A stretch of DNA of 64,000 nucleotides. Origin: Parcubacteria group bacterium. GTDB taxonomy: Bacteria; Patescibacteriota; Minisyncoccia; Phycocordibacterales; CSBR16-119. A program made the position numbers and the translations under genes. The stretch lies in NCBI GenBank assembly GCA_943356745.1, contig CALRFT010000001.1, positions 11,946 through 75,945 of the forward strand. The letters are read 5' to 3'. Shown piece after piece: positions 43,183-53,041 of this stretch (position 1 is its first letter; each line of letters opens with the position of its first letter). Below the pieces are notes generated by a model, which did not search any database, was not told the DNA's origin, and saw only the letters and a program-made list of their open reading frames with translations.

Positions 43183-45807
43183 ATGGATAATGAACACATA
43201 CCAAACTATCAATCACTTTCTATAGATGAAAGTTTTGGAAAACTAAGATCGCAAAAAAATGGACTTTCTGAAAACGAAGCAAAGAAACGCCTTGAATTGT
43301 ATGGCTTTAATGAAATAAACACTGATGAAGATTTTAATTACTTGCAAGCTATTATTGAAAATATCCTCAATCCTTTTTCTATCATCCTCATTACAGCAGC
43401 GAGTATTTCTTTTTTCTCAAAACACCCTATTGATGGATTTGTTATTCTTTTAGTAATTATTGCTAACTTTGGAATTGATATTTACCATAAAAAAACAGCA
43501 CACAATAATATCGAACTTTTAAAAAAAGGAGTTACTCATTATTCAACATTGCTTCGTGATGGAAATCTTGTTAAAAAACCAGTTTCAGAAATAGTGCCTG
43601 GAGATATTATTCACCTCGAAGAAGGTGATGTTATCCCAGCAGACGCTAGACTTATTCAAGTTGACGGACTACATATTAATGAAAGTCTACTAACCGGAGA
43701 ATCTCTTCCTGTTCAAAAAGATATTTCACGAATGACAGGAATTCATCCAATATCAGATCTCCGTAATATGGTATGGCTTGGAAGTGTTGTAACTGAAGGT
43801 TCGGGAATTTGTCTTGTAACAGCAACTGCATTTAAAACTCAATTTGGACAAATAGCAAAAGAACTCAAGAAAACCCAGCGTGGTTCAAACCCTTTTTTAG
43901 ATAAAACAAAAAAACTCACAAAAAATATTGGAATTGTTGGGATCTTTATTACTCTTATTTTATTTGGGATCCAATACGGGATCATGGACCAAAATTTAGG
44001 AGAAATAGCGATATTCTCGCTTGCTGTACTTGTGTCAATTATTCCAGAAAGTTTACCCACAATTATGAACCTAACTCTCGCTCGAGGCGCAAAAGCTCTT
44101 GCTGAAGAACATGCTGTAGTAAAAGAACTTTCAACGGTAGAGTCCATTGGTTCAACAACTGTTATTATCACAGATAAGACTGGTACCCTTACTGAAAATT
44201 CAATGCGTGTTGAAATGATTGTCACACAAGAAGGAAAGGAATTTTCTGTGACAGGTTTTGGTTGGAAAAAAGTAGGAATGTTTCTGCACAACAACCACCG
44301 TTTCAACCCAGAAGAAGACAAAACGCTTTCACAAATACTTGAGTATGCTCTTTTAGGAAATAGATCTCACGTATACCAAAAAGATGAAGAAGATGTTGTG
44401 ATTGGAGAACCAACAGAAGCAGCACTTTTAGTTATGGCTGAGAAAGCAGGAAAAACAAGGCAGGATATTTTAAAAACATACAATATTATACAAAGAACTC
44501 GTTTTCTTCATTCACACAAAGTACTCGTAACTATCGTCGAGAAAGATTCCCAAAAACAAATACTTGTTATTGGTGCACCAGAAACTATTTGGAAATATAG
44601 CAGTGTTAATAACGCCACAATAACCAAAACTGAAGAACTTGCTCATAAGGGACTTCGAATCATTGCTTTTGCATGTGCAGATATTAATTCAGTTCCAAGT
44701 GATTTTGAAAAACTTCCAAATCTTAACTATCTTGGTTTTGTTGCAATGCGTGATCCAATTCGAGAAGGGGTTAAGGAAACTATAGAACAAGCAAAAAATG
44801 CAGGAATTCGCGTAATTATGGCGACTGGAGATCATGCTAAAACCGCACGATATATCGCTGAAGAAATTGGAATTATTAAAAAAGGACACACTGGAGAAAT
44901 CATGGAAGGTGTTGAATTTTTATCACTTGATGAAAAAAGCCAAAGAGAATATCTCAAAAATGTTTCGGTGTTCGCAAGAGTTACCCCTGAAATAAAACTT
45001 CAAATCACAAAAATACTTCAAAAAGATAAGGAGATTGTAACGATGATTGGAGATGGAGTTAATGATGTTCTTGCGCTCAAACAAGCTGATATTGGTGTCG
45101 CTATGGCTGGTTCTGGAACAGGCGCAGCAAGAGATGCGAGTTCCATTGTTCTCACAAACAACAATTTCATCACAATAGTCCATGCGGTTCTTCGTGGAAG
45201 ACATATTTTTAAAAATATAAAAAATGTTACGAACTTTCTCTTAAGCACAAATGCAGCTGAAGCGCTCATTCTTATCATTGCAACATTTTTAGGGATGCCA
45301 CTTCCACTTATTGCAACACAGATACTTCTTATCAACCTTGTCACAGATGGGATTGGAGCGCTTCCCTTTGCGTTTCAAAAACCAAATATCTCAATTATCC
45401 CAAGACCTAAACCTGGAATTCTTCTTTCTCGTTTTGATTATGGAATCATAGCAAGTGCGACTGTCGGAATGACAATTGCACCACTTCTTGCATTTAATAT
45501 GTTTTCTAGCGAAAGTATAAAACATGCGCAAAGTATGGCCTTTCTTACACTTTGTATCACTCAAATATCTCGCCTTATAGCACTTCAAGAGGAGAAATCA
45601 ATCAAATCTTTACTAAAAGAAAATACATGGTTTATTAAATCTATCGGGATTTCCTTTGTTATACTAGTATTAGTATTTACAGTAAATCCAGTGCGGAATA
45701 TTTTTTCTTTAGAGATATTAAGTCTTAGAGATATAACTTCAGCTTTCATACTTTCTCTACTACCTCTTGTTACTGTTACTATATATAAACTTATTCACAA
45801 AAAATAA
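43183..45807 (+). CDS. P-type cation-transporting ATPase (type II, Ca2+/Mg2+-like)
   Basis: DKTGTLT phosphorylation motif, TGES, GDGVND and MATGD hinge motifs; 874 aa. Confidence 0.92.
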   Translation: MDNEHIPNYQSLSIDESFGKLRSQKNGLSENEAKKRLELYGFNEINTDEDFNYLQAIIENILNPFSIILITAASISFFSKHPIDGFVILLVIIANFGIDIYHKKTAHNNIELLKKGVTHYSTLLRDGNLVKKPVSEIVPGDIIHLEEGDVIPADARLIQVDGLHINESLLTGESLPVQKDISRMTGIHPISDLRNMVWLGSVVTEGSGICLVTATAFKTQFGQIAKELKKTQRGSNPFLDKTKKLTKNIGIVGIFITLILFGIQYGIMDQNLGEIAIFSLAVLVSIIPESLPTIMNLTLARGAKALAEEHAVVKELSTVESIGSTTVIITDKTGTLTENSMRVEMIVTQEGKEFSVTGFGWKKVGMFLHNNHRFNPEEDKTLSQILEYALLGNRSHVYQKDEEDVVIGEPTEAALLVMAEKAGKTRQDILKTYNIIQRTRFLHSHKVLVTIVEKDSQKQILVIGAPETIWKYSSVNNATITKTEELAHKGLRIIAFACADINSVPSDFEKLPNLNYLGFVAMRDPIREGVKETIEQAKNAGIRVIMATGDHAKTARYIAEEIGIIKKGHTGEIMEGVEFLSLDEKSQREYLKNVSVFARVTPEIKLQITKILQKDKEIVTMIGDGVNDVLALKQADIGVAMAGSGTGAARDASSIVLTNNNFITIVHAVLRGRHIFKNIKNVTNFLLSTNAAEALILIIATFLGMPLPLIATQILLINLVTDGIGALPFAFQKPNISIIPRPKPGILLSRFDYGIIASATVGMTIAPLLAFNMFSSESIKHAQSMAFLTLCITQISRLIALQEEKSIKSLLKENTWFIKSIGISFVILVLVFTVNPVRNIFSLEILSLRDITSAFILSLLPLVTVTIYKLIHKK

Positions 45808-45810
45808 AAC

Positions 45811-46497
45811 ATGTTCGAGTCACTTGATTTTAATCAAATAGGGGGTTTAACCTATGGAGGAATGTTTATTCTTGCACTTATTGCAAACATGGTTGTACCT
45901 GTCCCAGAAGAAATTGTACTTATTGCTGTTGGTTATTTTAGCGCAAAAGGACAATTCAATTTCTTGTATAGTTATGGAATCTTTGTTGCAGGAATGTTTG
46001 TTTCAGATACCATTTTGTATTTTATGGCATACAAAGGATCTCGAATAACAAAAAGGCTTCAGAGAAAAATAGAAAATAATAGACATCTCAAAGATGAAGG
46101 TTTTGTACAAAGACACATACGAAAAATTATTTTTATTTCTCGATTTCTCATGTATCTTCGATGGATCGGTCCAGTTATCTCAGGCGTTGCTCGTGTTCCC
46201 TACAAAAAGTTTGCAATTCTCGATTTTCTAGCACTTCTGGTATATGTTCCTCTTATTCTTTTCCTTGGATTTTATTTTGAAAACTATATCGACAAGATAA
46301 TCTCTGACGTAAATAGAATACGAAACATATTCATGTTGATATTCAGTATTATTGTTCTTATATTTATTGCAAAAAATGCAAACAAAAATTTCTTACGCAG
46401 TATCACAGAAACAATTGATGAATATACTCCGACATGGATTCCAGGTCTTAGTGTGAAAAAAGAAAAATTTAAAAATGAAGAAAAAAAACCAGACTAG
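45811..46497 (+). CDS. DedA/VTT-domain membrane protein
   Basis: DedA-like topology (GYFSAKG..., FISRFLMYLRWIGPVISGVARVPYKKF). Confidence 0.75.
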   Translation: MFESLDFNQIGGLTYGGMFILALIANMVVPVPEEIVLIAVGYFSAKGQFNFLYSYGIFVAGMFVSDTILYFMAYKGSRITKRLQRKIENNRHLKDEGFVQRHIRKIIFISRFLMYLRWIGPVISGVARVPYKKFAILDFLALLVYVPLILFLGFYFENYIDKIISDVNRIRNIFMLIFSIIVLIFIAKNANKNFLRSITETIDEYTPTWIPGLSVKKEKFKNEEKKPD

Positions 46498-46510
46498 TCT
46501 GGTTTTTTTT
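46488..46510. terminator. terminator hairpin
   Basis: ccagactagtctgg palindrome followed by TTTTTTTT. Confidence 0.7.
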
Positions 46511-47269
46511 CTATAATAAATTTTGTATCTTTTCGTATTCTATAAACTTAAAGACTTGAAACGCCGATTCTTGAAATAGTGACCATTCATTAATAACAAG
46601 AAGAATTCCGATAATAAACATAAGTACGCCTCCCGTGATTGATAGAGCTTTGAAAAGCCGTGTATGTCTTTGGAAAAAGTTTTGTGAACGATGGTAGAGA
46701 AATGCTGAAAATATAAAAGGAATAGAAAACCCAAGTGAAAATACAAAAAGTAGAATTGCTCCTTGTAACGCTGTCCCCAGAGCTCCAGCAAGAACAAGTA
46801 CCGTTCCAAGTATTGGTCCAATACATGGAGCCCAACCGAGAGCAAAAATAGCACCAACTAAAGCAGATCCTTTAGGAGTTCCGACTTGAAGCCATGACGG
46901 ATTTTTAATTCGAGCAGTTATTTGGAACCAAGATTCTGGTATAACTTTGAGTATTGCTAAGGAGAAAAAAATAATCAGAGCTCCACTTATTTGAAGAAGA
47001 ATCGGGCGAAATGTCCCCCAAAAAGATCCAAATAATCCTAAAGTTAATCCGAGAATAATAAATACTGAAGAAAAACCAAGAACAAAGAATACACTATTTT
47101 TTCTTATTTGAGATTCCGCAAAAGATTTTGTTTCTAAATTTGTAATATCTTTATTTGAAACCCCAGAAATAAAAGCAAGATACCCTGGAACCATTGGTAA
47201 AGTACAAGGCGCCAAAAACATAAGAAGTCCTGATATGAAAGCTGGAGCAAGAAGACCAAGCACTAACAT
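46511..47269 (-). CDS. ccdA: cytochrome c-type biogenesis/thiol-disulfide transporter CcdA (DsbD core)
   Basis: LAPCTLPMVPGY and GWAPCIGPILG Cys motifs; six TM helices. Confidence 0.8.
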   Translation of the reverse strand: MLVLGLLAPAFISGLLMFLAPCTLPMVPGYLAFISGVSNKDITNLETKSFAESQIRKNSVFFVLGFSSVFIILGLTLGLFGSFWGTFRPILLQISGALIIFFSLAILKVIPESWFQITARIKNPSWLQVGTPKGSALVGAIFALGWAPCIGPILGTVLVLAGALGTALQGAILLFVFSLGFSIPFIFSAFLYHRSQNFFQRHTRLFKALSITGGVLMFIIGILLVINEWSLFQESAFQVFKFIEYEKIQNLL

Positions 47270-47271
47270 AT

Positions 47272-47706
47272 TTAACGTGTTATAGAAATAAGTCGATTAG
47301 TTCCATCTGTTTCTTCTCCCCATGGACTACATACTGTAATTCTCTTTTCCTGACCAGAAAAGGAAACTTTATAATCTTGTCCATTTGGATCAACTGGAAT
47401 TGTCTCAAAATAATCAGGAACTAACAGTGTTTCAAAATCTCTTACAGTAAGCGAAGATTCTGAGCAAGCAATATCAGTTTCGTACAAAGAAATCAAAGTA
47501 CTGTACTCTGTAGAACTAATAGAAAGCTTCCATAAATTATCAGCGATTTCAGAAACATGTTGAAATCGAAGAGCATTTCGAGTCTCCCGCTCCTGATCTT
47601 CCTTTCCATTGCCGGAAATAAAAATAAAGACTACCCCAACAATAAAAAGAAGGATAGCGAGAATCTCTACAAAACCTAGTGAACTTTTAGTATTTTCTGA
47701 TGACAT
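47272..47706 (-). CDS. membrane-anchored hypothetical protein with pilin-like N-terminus
   Basis: KSSLGFVEILAILLFIVGVVFIF loosely resembles a prepilin G-F-x-x-E leader, followed by a small Cys-containing domain. Confidence 0.45.
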   Translation of the reverse strand: MSSENTKSSLGFVEILAILLFIVGVVFIFISGNGKEDQERETRNALRFQHVSEIADNLWKLSISSTEYSTLISLYETDIACSESSLTVRDFETLLVPDYFETIPVDPNGQDYKVSFSGQEKRITVCSPWGEETDGTNRLISITR

Positions 47707-47837
47707 ATTGTAGTAAAAATTAAAATCAATACTTTGTATTATACCTGAACCAAAAAAAGTATTATCTTGTCTTTTTGACTTTTTTGTTTTAGTATGGTGG
47801 GGATAAAAAGTTCATTAACAAAAAAAACCCAAAAAAC

Positions 47838-49205
47838 ATGGAATTAGGAATCCTTATTGTATTTATTCTTGGCTATACTGGTATAGCCTTTGAGCACGTT
47901 ATTAAAATCAATAAAACACCAACCGCGCTTATTACAGGCGCACTCTGTTGGACAATTTTATTAATTGGCGCAACAATAATTCCAGAACATCTAGTTTCTG
48001 ATTATTCAAATCTTTCTATAACACTCGGACAACAGGATGTGTCCTTATCAGAATTTTTTAACCATAGACTTCTTCACCATCTTCAAGAAATAGCGGCTAT
48101 TTTAATCTTTCTAATGGCTGCAATGACTATTGTTGAAGTTGTTGATGCACATGAGGGATTTAATATCATTACAGATAAAATTACCTCAACGAGTAAGGTT
48201 AAACTTCTTTGGATTGTGAGTATTATCACTTTTTTCTTGTCAGCAGCTCTTGATAATCTTACTACCGCAATTGTAATGGTGAGTTTGGTTAGTAAACTTA
48301 TTGATGACAAAAAAACTCGTTGGTTTTTTGGTGGAATGATAGTCATTGCAGCAAACTCAGGAGGTGCTTGGTCACCAATTGGCGACGTAACAACAACAAT
48401 GCTTTGGATAGGAAAGCAAATTACAACTGTTGAAATTATTAAAAGTCTATTTCTTCCAAGTCTTGTAAGTTTACTAGTTCCACTTAGCATTTTATCTTTA
48501 ATCATGAAAGGAAATGTTAATCGACCTGAAAATAAATCTCGAAGCAAATCAAGAACAACAAAAAAAGAAAAGCTTACTGCTTTCTTTCTTGGCATAGGAG
48601 GTCTTCTTTTTGTTCCGATTTTCAAAAATGTAACACATCTTCCTCCATTTATGGGGATTATACTTTCTCTTGGGATTGTATGGCTTGTAACAGAAATCAT
48701 GCACAGCAAGAAAGAAGAAGAAGTTAAGGATACACTTTCCGCTCTTCATGCACTTCGTAAGATTGATATGCCGTCTGTGCTTTTCTTTCTTGGTATTCTT
48801 CTTGCGGTTTCAGCACTTCAAGAAGTTGGACATTTGCAAACACTTGCAACAACACTAAAAGAAACACTTAATAATCCATATGCAATAAATATGTCAATTG
48901 GAGGGTTGTCTGCAATTGTAGATAATGTACCTCTTGTTGCAGCAAGTATGAATATGTATGACATTAGTCCCGCTGTGACAAATGACAGTTGGTCAAATCA
49001 CTTTGTTCAAGATGGAGTTTTCTGGCATTTTCTTGCGTACTGCGCAGGAACAGGTGGAAGTATGTTGATCATTGGATCCGCAGCTGGTGTCGCTGTTATG
49101 GGTATTCAAAAAATTGATTTCATGTGGTACCTCAAAAACATTAGCTTGTGGGCTTTAATTGGGTATATTTCCGGAGGAATTGTTTACATTATTCAAAACA
49201 TGTAA
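47838..49205 (+). CDS. NhaD/ArsB-superfamily ion transporter (Na+/H+ antiporter-like)
   Basis: 455 aa with about 12 TM helices and CitMHS/NhaD-like repeats. Confidence 0.7.
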   Translation: MELGILIVFILGYTGIAFEHVIKINKTPTALITGALCWTILLIGATIIPEHLVSDYSNLSITLGQQDVSLSEFFNHRLLHHLQEIAAILIFLMAAMTIVEVVDAHEGFNIITDKITSTSKVKLLWIVSIITFFLSAALDNLTTAIVMVSLVSKLIDDKKTRWFFGGMIVIAANSGGAWSPIGDVTTTMLWIGKQITTVEIIKSLFLPSLVSLLVPLSILSLIMKGNVNRPENKSRSKSRTTKKEKLTAFFLGIGGLLFVPIFKNVTHLPPFMGIILSLGIVWLVTEIMHSKKEEEVKDTLSALHALRKIDMPSVLFFLGILLAVSALQEVGHLQTLATTLKETLNNPYAINMSIGGLSAIVDNVPLVAASMNMYDISPAVTNDSWSNHFVQDGVFWHFLAYCAGTGGSMLIIGSAAGVAVMGIQKIDFMWYLKNISLWALIGYISGGIVYIIQNM

Positions 49206-49206
49206 A

Positions 49207-49236
49207 CAAAAAGCCGTCGCTTTCGCGACGGCTTTT
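49207..49236. terminator. bidirectional terminator
   Basis: aaaaagccgtcgc-tttc-gcgacggcttttt. Confidence 0.85.
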
Positions 49237-49238
49237 TC

Positions 49239-49574
49239 TTATTCCCAAGACATCTGCCAATCTTTCATTTGATTGATTTCAGTTGTTTGTGCCTTAATAA
49301 TTGCAGTTGCCAGATCTTTGATTTCTTGTCTTTCTGAACTTTCAAGAGCAAGCTCTGCCATCTCAATAGCTCCCTCATGATGAACAATCATTTGTTCAAG
49401 AAAAGCTTGGTCAAAAGCATTCCCTGTCTTTCCCACGAGCTCGGCATTCATATCCATCATCATCTGATCCATAGACATTGAATGCATATCATGTGAATTA
49501 TTTCCTTTTATAGAAAACCCGATTAACCCTCCAATAATAAGTGCGAATAGTGGTATTACAATATTTTTATTCAT
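49239..49574 (-). CDS. DUF305-family secreted protein
   Basis: FDQAFLEQMIVHHEGAIEMA (HHxGAIxM) hallmark; N-terminal signal/TM. Confidence 0.75.
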   Translation of the reverse strand: MNKNIVIPLFALIIGGLIGFSIKGNNSHDMHSMSMDQMMMDMNAELVGKTGNAFDQAFLEQMIVHHEGAIEMAELALESSERQEIKDLATAIIKAQTTEINQMKDWQMSWE

Positions 49575-49588
49575 ATGTTTTTTAAAAA

Positions 49589-51154
49589 TTAAAATTTCAT
49601 AGTGTGTTTTGAAACACGAGAAGGTGATGTGATAGGTTTTACAGCCTTATCTTTTTCACCTTCTTCTTTATGGTGTTTCAAAAATCGAGCAGTTCTCTTA
49701 AGGTCGTTTGTAAAGTATAAAATAATTTTAACAAAGGAAGCAATTCCAACCACAACAAGAATTGCAATACCAAGGTAACTTACGAAACTAATTGCAAATC
49801 CAAGTAATTGAGATGGTTCAACTTTAAACGCAACTGGGTTACTTTGAAGCTTTGTATCTTCATTATAAGCTTGAACAAATGCTGTATGATATCCAAGATC
49901 AAGATGAGATCCTATAGCAAAACTAAACCTACCATCTCTATCAACAATTCCTTCTTCTGTATATACAACATTTCCCTTTCTTGTAAGTGTGAGAAGTAGC
50001 TTATTATCTGGTGTTCCGGAACCTTGAATAGTAATGATTTTTCCTTGTTCAATTTCTTCTGGATATTCTGTAATAATTGGTTTTGTAATGAGGGCTTCCC
50101 CAAAAGAAACAATCACTTCACGAATAGTTTGATTTCCCGCTTTATCAAAAGCAATTATCTCAATATTTTGTTCGCCACTATAGATAGGAGGAAGTTCGTA
50201 GTTTATTACCTCTTGCTCGTCAATTCTAATTATTTCGCCTCCACCAATCTTGATTTCATAATGTGAAAATCCTGAATCTATATCATCTGTTGTAAAAGTT
50301 AGTTTTGGAGAAGTATCTTCATTGTTTACTGAGACATCAAAATCTTGCGGTGGTTTTGTGTCAATATTTAATTTAAATCTTCCAACAGAACTCCATCCTG
50401 CGGTAGTTCTTGTTTGTACTGAGAAGTAATATGTACCCTCACCAAGATCTTCTATTGTTTTTGTCGAAACTGGAGGAATGTAACTTACTGTTGGTGTACT
50501 ATTTTGATTTCTACCAATCAAAAGCTTTGTTTCAAGAGCTCCTTGCGGTAACTCCCAATTAAATATAGCTGTTGTTTTGTTGTACCATCCATTTTGATCT
50601 GGATGTGTTTCTGAGCTTATGACAGGGGCATTATTATTTACAGGTTTTGGAGTTTCTGGTTTTGGTTCAACAAAAGCTTCAGTAATCGTGAAATTACCAC
50701 TACTCAAAGTACTTGCAATATTTGTACCAAGACCATCATTAGCAAGAATAGACCCTGAACTAAATTTAACCTGAGCAGTTCCAGGCGATTTTGGTCTAAA
50801 AGTTACAGAAAGAAGTTTACCCCCATTTCCAGAATATCCTGGATTCAACACAACTCCCTCAAAGTTAATCGTTCCGGCCGAATTTGAGAAACTTGGCTCT
50901 TGAACCCACAAAGAAAATATTGAACCAGTTTTTGAAATAGAAACTACTTCAAGATTATTCGTCGGAAATGTAATAACACCAGAAGATGCGTTCATGATTT
51001 GACCATCTGTGTTTGCAAGAAAATTAACAGTAAAATTTTTCCCTACCTGATACTGCCCACTCGAAGGAGACATTCCCAAAGACGCCGAGTGTGCAGTGGG
51101 CGCACTACTCAACATAAGAATCATTATTGAAAAAATAGAAAATATTTTTTTCAT
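49589..51154 (-). CDS. surface protein with cohesin-like N-terminal beta-domain, FN3/Ig-like middle and C-terminal TM anchor
   Basis: Signal peptide (AHSAS) followed by ...GVITFPTNNLEVVSI...SLWV...GTINFEG...VTF...GTAQVKF; C-terminal TM helix (AISFVSYLGIAILVVVGIASFV) and a basic tail. Confidence 0.55.
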   Translation of the reverse strand: MKKIFSIFSIMILMLSSAPTAHSASLGMSPSSGQYQVGKNFTVNFLANTDGQIMNASSGVITFPTNNLEVVSISKTGSIFSLWVQEPSFSNSAGTINFEGVVLNPGYSGNGGKLLSVTFRPKSPGTAQVKFSSGSILANDGLGTNIASTLSSGNFTITEAFVEPKPETPKPVNNNAPVISSETHPDQNGWYNKTTAIFNWELPQGALETKLLIGRNQNSTPTVSYIPPVSTKTIEDLGEGTYYFSVQTRTTAGWSSVGRFKLNIDTKPPQDFDVSVNNEDTSPKLTFTTDDIDSGFSHYEIKIGGGEIIRIDEQEVINYELPPIYSGEQNIEIIAFDKAGNQTIREVIVSFGEALITKPIITEYPEEIEQGKIITIQGSGTPDNKLLLTLTRKGNVVYTEEGIVDRDGRFSFAIGSHLDLGYHTAFVQAYNEDTKLQSNPVAFKVEPSQLLGFAISFVSYLGIAILVVVGIASFVKIILYFTNDLKRTARFLKHHKEEGEKDKAVKPITSPSRVSKHTMKF

Positions 51155-52023
51155 TGATGTTTTTTACGGTACACAACAACACCCGAAACTATTACAACAA
51201 TAAGTATACTAAATATTAGGATAAAATTCTCATCAAATATTTTTTCCTGTGGATGAACAACTGAAATTCTCTCATTCCCAGCAACGTCAACCGCTTTTAC
51301 AAAAATTGTTTTAAATAATTTTTGATCTTTTAAAACATAAGGACTTTGAACTTCTTGAAATGAACCAAAATATCCTTCTTTTACCTCATAACGAAGTATA
51401 CCAACTCCCTTATCTTGAGTTGCAAAAACTAAAACATTTCGACCATCATAGAGATTTTCATCTTGAGTAATGATTGGAGTAAAGTCTTCTGGTTTTTCTG
51501 TGTCTTTAGGGACAATATACTCTTGAGAAAAATTACCATCTTCTGATATGTAAATCTTTTTGTCTATAGAATTGATTTTATTTTCGGTTCCAATTCCGTC
51601 ATGAAGTAATACCGAACCACCTTCTGTAGAAATTCTTAATTCATCATCAGGATTTTGACCTCGTATTTCTAAAGAGAAAAGAAACAACGCACTTCCCTGT
51701 ATTCCCCCTGGGGTAATTCCTGAAAAGTAAATTGAATTTCCTTGAACTTCCGGTTTATCAACCCAGAAAAGTATTGAAGAGTTTCCTGTATTAATAGAAA
51801 TTTTTGGATCTTCGATTCCTTCTACCTGAATAGTTCCCGAAATTGTGTTAACAATATCTTCTGAGTCAAGCAAAACATCCACAACAACGGTGTCGTTTGA
51901 ACCATAAAGAGCATGGTTTGTTTCAAAAAAGAAACCCGCAGCAAAAACACTCAGTGGGATATTTAAGAATGAATACAAGAATATAAAAATGTAAATTATT
52001 TTTTTCATAATTAACCTGTCCAA
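51151..52023 (-). CDS. surface protein with cohesin-like domain and C-terminal TM anchor (paralog of the N-terminal domain of the 49589-51154 protein)
   Basis: Signal peptide, then TISGTIQVEGIEDPKISINTGNSSILFWV...IYFSGI...LFLFSLEIRG..., alignable to the N-terminal domain of the 49589-51154 protein; C-terminal TM helix. Its stop overlaps the next gene's start. Confidence 0.5.
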   Translation of the reverse strand: MDRLIMKKIIYIFIFLYSFLNIPLSVFAAGFFFETNHALYGSNDTVVVDVLLDSEDIVNTISGTIQVEGIEDPKISINTGNSSILFWVDKPEVQGNSIYFSGITPGGIQGSALFLFSLEIRGQNPDDELRISTEGGSVLLHDGIGTENKINSIDKKIYISEDGNFSQEYIVPKDTEKPEDFTPIITQDENLYDGRNVLVFATQDKGVGILRYEVKEGYFGSFQEVQSPYVLKDQKLFKTIFVKAVDVAGNERISVVHPQEKIFDENFILIFSILIVVIVSGVVVYRKKHQ

Positions 52024-53039
52024 TGATAAGCCATAATACTGAAATCGATAAGATCAATTTTGTTATCTCCATTAAGTTTTTGAGCTTCCACAAGAGAAAA
52101 TGATTGACTCAGTGTTCGTTTATACCAAAAAGCTGCAATTGAAAAATCAACAAGATTCACACGAAGGTCATTATTAAGATCTGCCTTTCTTGACGAATTT
52201 TGTAAATCAGAAGGGTTAAGGAAAACATTTGCGTCACCCACAATAAAGCCTAGTGCATTTCCAAAAGGACTTATTTCATTTCCAATTTGTGATTTAGACT
52301 TTGCCGAGTGAGAACCATAAGCAAGAAGTGCACTGTTAAAATTAAGTAGATACGCCCCATCCTGATCTGCTTCTTCCGTAACAAAATATGATGGCTCTGA
52401 GTTAACATTAATTGTAACCTCAGAGTTTGGTGTTGTTTGACCAAAAATACTAATAGTATCACCTCGTCTCACCTGGGACTTATCGAGCCCAATTGTTGGA
52501 GCAATAAAAATTCCACCGATACTTGTAGTAACTCCTGAACTAATGAAAATAGGAAAAGTAAATGGACTTGAAATAATTCCATCATCATCTTCACCATATG
52601 CAGAGAAAATATAATTTCCAGTTGAGAGACCACTTACTGTCACACTAAATTTACTATCTGGACCAGCAATTGTAGTTACAATGAGTTGTCCATCTTTCAA
52701 TATACTTACCCTACTAAGCGGATAGGCTCTTCCAGTAAGAACAACATTGGTTTCAGGAATGGAAGAACCTCCTCCACCGCCAGATGTATTTGAGCAAGAA
52801 GATGTATTAAAAGTACAAGAAACAGAACAAGATAGAGTTCCACTTGAAAAACCAAGGGAAACACAACTTGCCCCACCAAGTGAAGAACCGTCACATTGCT
52901 CTCCAATTCCAATAACCCCATCTCCACAACCTCCCACTGTTGCTGATATTTCAACAGTGATAGCCTGTAGATTATTTGGGGCTATAAGATAGAAAATTAT
53001 AAGAAATAAAGAAGTAGTTTTTGTAATAAAACCATACAT
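52011..53039 (-). CDS. secreted Cys-rich protein with C-terminal dockerin-type tandem repeat
   Basis: Signal peptide; CGDGVIGIGEQCDGSS Cys-rich repeat; the C-terminus has two segments, DLNNDLRVNLVDFSI and KLNGDNKIDLIDFSI, matching the dockerin pattern DxNxDxxVNxxD. Confidence 0.6.
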   Translation of the reverse strand: MYGFITKTTSLFLIIFYLIAPNNLQAITVEISATVGGCGDGVIGIGEQCDGSSLGGASCVSLGFSSGTLSCSVSCTFNTSSCSNTSGGGGGSSIPETNVVLTGRAYPLSRVSILKDGQLIVTTIAGPDSKFSVTVSGLSTGNYIFSAYGEDDDGIISSPFTFPIFISSGVTTSIGGIFIAPTIGLDKSQVRRGDTISIFGQTTPNSEVTINVNSEPSYFVTEEADQDGAYLLNFNSALLAYGSHSAKSKSQIGNEISPFGNALGFIVGDANVFLNPSDLQNSSRKADLNNDLRVNLVDFSIAAFWYKRTLSQSFSLVEAQKLNGDNKIDLIDFSIMAYHWTG

Positions 53040-53041
53040 GA

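Noticed and set aside
43839-44321. 160-aa minus-strand ORF (plus 44689-45588 smaller ones) inside the P-type ATPase gene, and the 208-aa ORF at 48083-48709 inside the NhaD-like gene
   Set aside because: They are antisense to long, well-supported transporter genes, with Ser/Pro/Arg-rich composition typical of antisense frames.
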